DNA of 64,000 nt, from assembly GCA_039194325.1 (NCBI GenBank), contig JBCCWC010000001.1, positions 1-64,000 on the forward strand. Reading direction: 5' to 3'. Below, piece after piece: positions 57,862-64,000 of this stretch. The position numbers and the translations under genes were made by a program. The stretch is from Myxococcota bacterium (GTDB taxonomy: Bacteria > Myxococcota_A > Polyangia > Nannocystales > Nannocystaceae). The notes below the pieces were generated by a model. The model was not told the origin of the DNA. It ran no database searches and saw only the letters and a program-made list of their open reading frames with translations. Numbering within the stretch: position 1 is the first letter of the stretch; every line of letters starts with the position of its first letter.

Positions 57862-58236
57862 TCAGCCTCTCACTCGCCAAGCGAGCCACTCGGCCATGAA
57901 CACGCGGAGATCCTCGGCGCCCGTCTGATCCAGCCCGCCCAAGACACCCTCGCTGGTCTTCGGATGGCCGCCGGTCGGCCCCGGATCCGCTCGCTCCCAG
58001 TGGATCTCCATGGCGCCCCCTGGTCGGTCCACGAAGATCCGCAGCTCGTGACCCGTGCGGACACGCAGCGCAACATCGTGTTCGGGCCAGATCTCCACCG
58101 ATAGACCCACCGCTCGGCCTTCGGCCGTGGCGGCCAAGGCCACCGCGATCGCGCCCGCCACGTCGCGAATGAAGTCGTCGTCACGCGTAACTGCGCGCGG
58201 TTTCGTGAATGTTTGTAGTGCGATCTTGTTCGTCAC
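57862..58236 (-). CDS. Hypothetical protein
   Basis: 124-aa ORF with GGGAG before the GTG start and coding-like codon usage; no motif recognised. Confidence 0.6.
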   Translation of the reverse strand: MTNKIALQTFTKPRAVTRDDDFIRDVAGAIAVALAATAEGRAVGLSVEIWPEHDVALRVRTGHELRIFVDRPGGAMEIHWERADPGPTGGHPKTSEGVLGGLDQTGAEDLRVFMAEWLAWRVRG

Positions 58237-58345
58237 GAGCTCCCAACCCCGTCGATACCGATACCCGAGCCACCCAACGCATCGCGGGGAAGATTCCTTC
58301 CACCTAAAGGGATGATCATGTCGATTGTTGGGGTGGATTGCCGGG

Positions 58346-58400
58346 GCAGCGGGAGCGGGAGCAGCGGGAGCAGCGGGAGCAGCGGGAGCAGCGGGAGCAG
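58346..58400. repeat. 9-bp tandem repeat, about 5 units
   Basis: GCAGCGGGA units, intergenic. Confidence 0.92.
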
Positions 58401-58698
58401 GATCAGCGACTGGGCCCTACATATCACTCGCCACGGCACTGAGCCCCAGGGTGCGTCGACCAATGCTCGGTCGCGTCAGCGAGGTGAACGAACACTGTCT
58501 CGCGGTTTGATCAAAAGGTCTTGCCGGCAATCGCATCGAGGTGCTCGGATCGTAGCTCGAGCAAAGTCATCCAACCGGCGATACTCGGTTCTTCGTCGAC
58601 GTCGACTACGTCCGAGTTCACACGGGGCCCGGCCCCCGCTTGCGCAACGGGCGAGCCCAAGCAACTTCGGTATCCGCCGAGATCATGCTCTCGCCCCT

Positions 58699-60036
58699 TT
58701 AAGGCGTGGAGAGCAGCATGGTCACCAGCTCCTCGTTGGTCGATCCCACCACCAGGTCGGGAATTCCGTCGAGGTTGGCGTCTCCCGTGGCCAGATCGTC
58801 AGCCGCGGTCCCAATTCCGTAGTCGACCCGAGCCTCGAAGGTCCCGTCGCCCACGCCGACGAAGACACTCACGGTGGTGACGTCGGCATAGGCCACGATG
58901 ATGTCATCGAAGTCATCGCTGGTGATGTCAACACTCTGCACGAGGGTCGCCGTGCCTGCCGGTTCGAGGACGGCGGGATCCTCGAAGCCCGCAGCTCCCG
59001 TGCCCCGCATGGCGAGCACATTGATCCCATTGGCCAAGGCCAAGTCGTCATCGCCATCTCCGTCGAAGTCACCCACCGCCACTCCTCGAGCGTCGCTGGT
59101 AGCCACCCCCACCGTCAAGAGCGAGCCGAGCTGGCCGCTCCCGTCTCCCAAACGGAAGCGGAGCTGATCATTGCCCCCTTCGACGGTGAAGACTACATCG
59201 AGGTTGCCGTCGCTGCTGAAGTCGCCCAGCGCCAGCGCGCGACCGAAACCATTGCCCGTGCCTACGACCTCAGACTGCGCGAGGGTACCGTCGCCAGGGG
59301 CCAGATATACGCGGAGCTGGCTTCCGGACCCGGTGACGACCACCGCGTCGTCGAAACCATTGCCGTCCATATCGCCGACCGCGATCGCGCGGGGATCGGC
59401 GCCGGTCAAGGTGGGGAGCCCCTGGAGCACGAAGTTACCGCTTCCACTCCCCAGCGCCACGTCGAGCTGCTCGGAGAACTCCTCGAGCACCACCAGATCC
59501 GCGTCGCCGTCACCATCGAGCGAGGCTACCTGCATGTCGGTTGCAAAGATCGTCTCATCGCCCAGCGCGGGACCAAAGCCGCCCGCCCCGTCGCCGAGGT
59601 GAACGATGAGCTGGTCGAGGATGAGATAGATCAGATCCGGGTTGCCGTCGCCGTTGGCATCGACCAGCTGCGGGGCATAGACGATGTCGTTGGGCGGGAT
59701 CACGGCCGCGTCATCGAAGCAGAGCTCGCCCGCCACGGGGATCGCGTCGCCGCATAGGGGCCGCACGGGGTCTCCCGAGGAGCTCGAGTCGGCTTCATCC
59801 GTGGTGGTGACATCGGCGGCCGTACTCGAGCCGGTCGTGGGCGCGGGCCCCGAGGTTCCACCGACCGACGACAAACCCCCACCGCTCATCGTGGTCGGCA
59901 AAGAAGTGACGATCGCTCCGACAGTGCCCGCGGTCGAGCCGCTGCCTTCGCTGGTGACCTGCGGCTCGGTGGGATCAAAACAGGCCCACGGTGTGGCGCA
60001 AACGAGCGAGATCCGGAACACGGTAGGACGGAGCAT
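58699..60036 (-). CDS. FG-GAP/VCBS-repeat beta-propeller lipoprotein
   Basis: About seven D.NGDG..DL-type repeats, T/S linker, N-terminal ..WAC lipobox-like motif. Confidence 0.9.
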   Translation of the reverse strand: MLRPTVFRISLVCATPWACFDPTEPQVTSEGSGSTAGTVGAIVTSLPTTMSGGGLSSVGGTSGPAPTTGSSTAADVTTTDEADSSSSGDPVRPLCGDAIPVAGELCFDDAAVIPPNDIVYAPQLVDANGDGNPDLIYLILDQLIVHLGDGAGGFGPALGDETIFATDMQVASLDGDGDADLVVLEEFSEQLDVALGSGSGNFVLQGLPTLTGADPRAIAVGDMDGNGFDDAVVVTGSGSQLRVYLAPGDGTLAQSEVVGTGNGFGRALALGDFSSDGNLDVVFTVEGGNDQLRFRLGDGSGQLGSLLTVGVATSDARGVAVGDFDGDGDDDLALANGINVLAMRGTGAAGFEDPAVLEPAGTATLVQSVDITSDDFDDIIVAYADVTTVSVFVGVGDGTFEARVDYGIGTAADDLATGDANLDGIPDLVVGSTNEELVTMLLSTP

Positions 60037-60148
60037 CGGAGCCAGGATAGCGCCGACCGGCTCGGCTCGGTGACCCGGGCATGGTCGTGCTCCGATCGGG
60101 GGTTGTGGTGAGCCGAGCGACCGCCTCTCGCATGGCGTCGACGAAGAC

Positions 60149-60217
60149 CTAGCCCGTGCCAAACACCCGCGAGAGCTCCTCGTGGGCCTCGGGCTCGATG
60201 ACGACGATCCGAGTCAC
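60149..60217 (-). pseudogene. Truncated ParE/RelE-type toxin (22 codons)
   Basis: GTG overlaps the antitoxin TGA; reads MTRIVVIEPEAHEELSRVFGTG-stop. Confidence 0.6.
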
Positions 60218-60441
60218 GGCCGCTGGGGGAACCCGTCGAAGACCTCTTGCCACGGACGACCGCGACTGCCTTCGACTTCGAGCCTTCGAACGCGGCGCTC
60301 GATCTCGGCGGCCCAATCGGCTTCGACATCCTCATCGGGCTCACCATCGAGGCTCGCGAGAAGCTCGGCGGCCAACTCAGCGCGTTCCTTGACGGTGAGG
60401 CGGAGGGCGGTCGTCAGCACGGCCTGAGCTTGCTCGATCAC
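60214..60441 (-). CDS. Addiction-module antitoxin (TIGR02574-like)
   Basis: AL.L...ERAELA..LL.SLD...W..EIERR......G.PW.EV pattern. Confidence 0.88.
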   Translation of the reverse strand: MIEQAQAVLTTALRLTVKERAELAAELLASLDGEPDEDVEADWAAEIERRVRRLEVEGSRGRPWQEVFDGFPQRP

Positions 60442-60539
60442 GTGTCGATCGTAGCTGGGATCGTCCTGGTGAACAAAATCGCGGCAGGCGCCATCGAGGG
60501 AGAGCCGAGGAACCGTTCGCGGAGCGTTATCCTCGCCGA

Positions 60540-61165
60540 TTACGCTCCAACCGGGAGGTGTCCAAGGTAGAATAGCTTTCCGCGGCTAGCGACCTCCACG
60601 ATGCCCTCGGGGCTGGTGCGCTGAGGCAAGAGATCGGCTATGGACAACCCGGCATCGGCGTAAGCTTGCAGCACCAACTCAGAGCAGAAGAACTTGTCAT
60701 CGTCCTCCAACGCACCGCTAGCGACGGCTGTGCATACTAGGCTGGGGACGGGCCCCATCCACACGGTGACCGCCAAGCACACGAGCAAACCCGTCGACCC
60801 TGCAGCCCCTAGCATTCCGCCGTAGTCGAACCCATTGCTCTCGTTCTTGTAGTGCCGAGCGTGGTCCACGATTTTGAGACCTAGAGCCCGTGATGACACC
60901 TCACGATGGCGGTAGGCAACCGCAATAGTGGAGTGCTTCAGACGATAGCTAAGAGGGTTTCCCGCACCCCATGATCCGTTGCATCAATGACCGTATCATC
61001 GCCACTGTACAGCATCGCATGACTGAAACTTGAAGACGTCACAAGCCGAATTCCGACAGAGATGCGATCTTCGGTAGTCGAGACGATGATATCTGCGGGG
61101 AGTAAGTCGCCTGTATTCAACGTTCGGCGCTCTTTACTCGAAGGTCCGTCTGGGGAAGATACCAT
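60540..61165 (-). pseudogene. Frameshifted permuted papain-like NlpC/P60 amidase (YiiX/YebB-like)
   Basis: 5' frame has LLPADII and FSHAMLY; 3' frame has FDY, FFCSELV..AY..AG and SP. The frames join by a -1 shift near 60955. Confidence 0.8.
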
Positions 61166-61489
61166 GGTGTCCTTCGCCGCGGTCGTTCTGGGACTCAAGA
61201 CCAATCTTGGCTCCCTGCCGCATAGTACAATGTCTCGGCCGTGGTCAATGGCGAAAAGCTCGGCAATTCGGGCCAAGGGGCTTGCTCGTCTGCGATTAAG
61301 AGATATTGGCTTAAAAGAGACGACAATTCCCGACGCATCTCGAACCTCGAACCTTGCCTCTACTGATTCGCAAGTAACTACGACAGAAGGAGCTGGTGAG
61401 GTTGCCCGCTCGAATTCAGCAAGCTGTCACTTATCGGTCGAGCCGAAACTCAAGAATCCCGACGAGGTCGCCCGAGCCGCCGGGCTCGA

Positions 61490-62075
61490 CACCGGTCCGG
61501 TTGACCATCGCGCTCGAGCCAAATCGGGTCGACATCGTTCTAACGGTCGGACGCGAACCACACGATCTCCTGCGTTCGATCTTCCACCACGTCAGATCGC
61601 TGGTGGACCAGCACGCGGGGTTGAGCTTCGGCGAGAACGAGCTCGAGGAGTTGTTGGCGCTCGATGAGGCGCTCGGGTCTGGCCCGGGCGTCGATGACGA
61701 GCCCGAGACCGAGCCTCCCCCTCCCCCGGCGGACCCGGTGACCGAGCCTGGCGAGGTCATGCAGCAGGGGCGCCACGGTCGTGGCATGACCGCCCAGTCG
61801 CCCAGCGTGATCGATGCTCTGACGGCCGTGCAGGACGACCTCGCCCTGCGGATGCTCCAGACCGCACCACGGACCTCAGCGCTACTGACCTGGTGATCCG
61901 AGGGCCCGGCGGAGTGGCGATCCAGGTCACCCCGGCCGGGGCGATCACGATCGCGGCCGCGGGCCATCTGGCCAGCGCCGCGCGAGTGGGAGACGCGGTG
62001 GCCCCGACCGAGGACATGCAGACCTGGATCACCGCCGTGGCCGGGGTGCCTGAATACACGCTCGCTCGCCGCTGA
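61490..62075 (+). pseudogene. Patchwork of phage-like gene fragments, including a baseplate-spike-like piece
   Basis: No clean starts; the segment DLVIRGPGGVAIQVTPAGAITI..AARVGDAV resembles gpV/spike C-termini. Confidence 0.4.
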
Positions 62076-62208
62076 TTTCCCGCGCATTGCGGGATGTCAA
62101 GCGAATGCACCGCGCGCACTTCACGTAATTCGACCAAGCGCCTCTCTTTCATGTCCCAAATGGGACATGAAGATAAAGTAGGGCCTACGTTGATAGTATC
62201 CGACCAAC

Positions 62209-62889
62209 ATGCTCGGTCGCTGCCCTGCGATTGTCGTCCTGTGCGCTGCTACTGTCGCTTGCGCCACGACCTCCTCATCCTCCCATGAGACGCCCCGCGT
62301 CGCAGCAACAGGGGACAACGTCGACCACTATGGACGTCCGACAGATTCGCAGGCACGAGAGTGTTACGACCGGTGCATGCGACAAACCGACGTAACCGAC
62401 GCAGTGTTCGGCACTTCCTCATATAAGACCGACGAGCGACAACAGTCGGCATGTTGGGATCATTGCGCGCCGCGAGTCAAACCTAAGGTTTGTACCGAAG
62501 GTGAAGTACAGAGTTGTTCATGCCCTAATCCGGGGGACTTTTCCGCGGAGCCTCTTCCCGGAGTAAGGGTATGCGTGCCAGACAGAACGAGATTTGGCGG
62601 TTGTGATTGTACACCCAAGAGGACCCCAGCAGACAAGAGGGGTAATGCACCTGAGGCAAAGAGCGGAGAGAGCGGAGAGAGCGGAAACTCCGCAGTCAGT
62701 CCATTCGGCGCGGATGCGACAACCGGCGAAGCCGCTTGCAAATCAGCCATCAAGAGCTACTGCGTCGAGCTCTGTGCGGACTCAAAAGTGACGGAGCGTG
62801 GTCCCTGCGAGATTAAGTGCATGAAAGAGCCAATCGAGAGCTATGACGGGAAGCTCAAGGAATGCACGCCGGAACTTTCAGACTACTAG
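62209..62889 (+). CDS. Cys-rich putative lipoprotein
   Basis: TVAC lipobox, many Cys, C..G..QSC.C....G..VC..D...FGGCDC module; lower GC. Confidence 0.75.
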   Translation: MLGRCPAIVVLCAATVACATTSSSSHETPRVAATGDNVDHYGRPTDSQARECYDRCMRQTDVTDAVFGTSSYKTDERQQSACWDHCAPRVKPKVCTEGEVQSCSCPNPGDFSAEPLPGVRVCVPDRTRFGGCDCTPKRTPADKRGNAPEAKSGESGESGNSAVSPFGADATTGEAACKSAIKSYCVELCADSKVTERGPCEIKCMKEPIESYDGKLKECTPELSDY

Positions 62890-63232
62890 TAGATGAGTTT
62901 ATTCGCCTCCGACACACGCCGATATTGCTCGGATCTCTCCTCATGACTCGGATCCATCAGAGCTATGGTGCGCCGATGGCACCCCGGTCCGGGCAGCTCA
63001 TTGCAGCTCCGACGAAGGAAAAATTCAAACCCGACAAGCCCGAAGATCACGCTCTGGGGGGGGCGCTCTGAAGGGGGTTGGGGGACGAAATACATATCCT
63101 ATGTGGGGTGCAGGGGCACCCCATGCACTTTCATACCAACGGGGGTCAAGGCTCGGAAGGACGAGTTGAGTCGTTTTGCCTGCTCTCAGAGAGCTTAGCC
63201 AGGGGATGTGGTGATCGCTCAACCATGTCGCT

Positions 63233-63520
63233 ATGCTAGAGACCGCGAAAGCGGATAGCCTCCGCTCCGTGGACTCGGACGCCATCCGCGCACGGCTCGC
63301 AGATCGGATTCGGGAGGCATGCTCCGCCCGGGGTCTCGCCGTGTCGCGGGTTGCCGCCCTGGCGGGCGTTTCGCGCAACCACCTCTTCGCGGTCCTGGCC
63401 GGGAGCAAGGCTCCGACCATTGATTATCTCGCCAAGCTGGCCCAGGTGCTGGAGCTCGACCCAAGCGCGCTGATTGGGCCCAAGGCGATCACCTCAAGGA
63501 CCCGTCGAGTCCGCGACTGA
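63233..63520 (+). CDS. XRE/Cro-family HTH regulator
   Basis: RIR...ARGL....A..AGVSR..L..V..G...PTID.L.KLA..L. Confidence 0.88.
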   Translation: MLETAKADSLRSVDSDAIRARLADRIREACSARGLAVSRVAALAGVSRNHLFAVLAGSKAPTIDYLAKLAQVLELDPSALIGPKAITSRTRRVRD

Positions 63521-64000
63521 GCCCTTGACGCTTCGGGCAGCTGCTAGGGTCCGAGCTGACCGCAGCTTGGGAGCTCGGCGAGCCCAGTGGTCGACCACAC
63601 GAGGTCTCAACACCGGTGCTTTCGCATCGAGTTGCCGGGGCGCGACGAGCCTACGGAAGCGTCCGAGGTGACGGCCTGACCTTCGCCGACATCGCCTCAC
63701 CTTGCGGTTGGCCCGAGCGTTTTACAGGGCAATTCATCTGCACGTCTCGCTTGACAACTCGAGTGCGTCGGTTAAACCCAAGCCCGGACCCCCGATTCGA
63801 GGTTCCCATGCTTGTGAGTCCCACCCATCGACCTGCTGAACCCGGCGAACTCTCGCCGGATGGATCGACCAGCACGGCCGGCTGACGGGGACCCCACGAC
63901 CACTCCCCGTCGTCTGCGACCGGGAGTGAGCGTTGAGCGAACGAAAGAGAAAACGAAGGATGGCGCGCCGGATGGCGCGTCGGTCTGCCGCCCAGAGCGG

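Noticed and set aside
60955..60966. GGGAAAC as a programmed -1 frameshift site
   Set aside because: The heptamer is out of phase with the upstream reading frame (CGG GAA ACC), so it is not a canonical X XXY YYZ site.
63525..63550. TTGACG..TAGGGT as a sigma70 promoter
   Set aside because: The spacer is only 14 nt.
63520..64000. Possible tRNA or ncRNA
   Set aside because: No cloverleaf, T-loop in proper context, or recognisable RNA family.

Overview
GC-rich bacterial chromosome segment. Gene content points to a myxobacterium, probably Nannocystales-like (inference): four Hanks-type Ser/Thr kinases, a MYXO-CTERM tail, an ADYC-domain lipoprotein, and CxxCH/Tat operons. Contents in order: a kinase-TPR gene cut by the window edge; a secreted protein with a papain-toxin-like C-terminus; an RND pump split around two divergent sigma54 promoters, with its own two-component system; a 3-gene c-type-heme/Tat module; a NarL-type two-component pair; a methyltransferase; a small-alarmone-hydrolase-like HD protein; the rubrerythrin/Fe-S oxidoreductase/DUF3501 triad; an OB-fold + DEDDy exonuclease fusion leading into a lower-GC, G/T-skewed patch; a kinase/ECF sigma/ADYC/kinase cluster; PEBP + AraC; a beta-helix surface protein; icd; a kinase-ATPase; a second heme/Tat module; ligA; a Mo-cofactor oxidoreductase; an ACP-FAAL-acyltransferase fusion; a PAS hybrid kinase; an FG-GAP protein; and a decayed accessory or prophage-like end (disarmed toxin-antitoxin pair, frameshifted papain-like amidase, spike fragment, XRE regulator). 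Also present: a dispersed palindromic repeat family, several gene relics and many short tandem duplications. No rRNA, tRNA or CRISPR array was recognised. All family assignments come from motif recognition by eye, not database searches.
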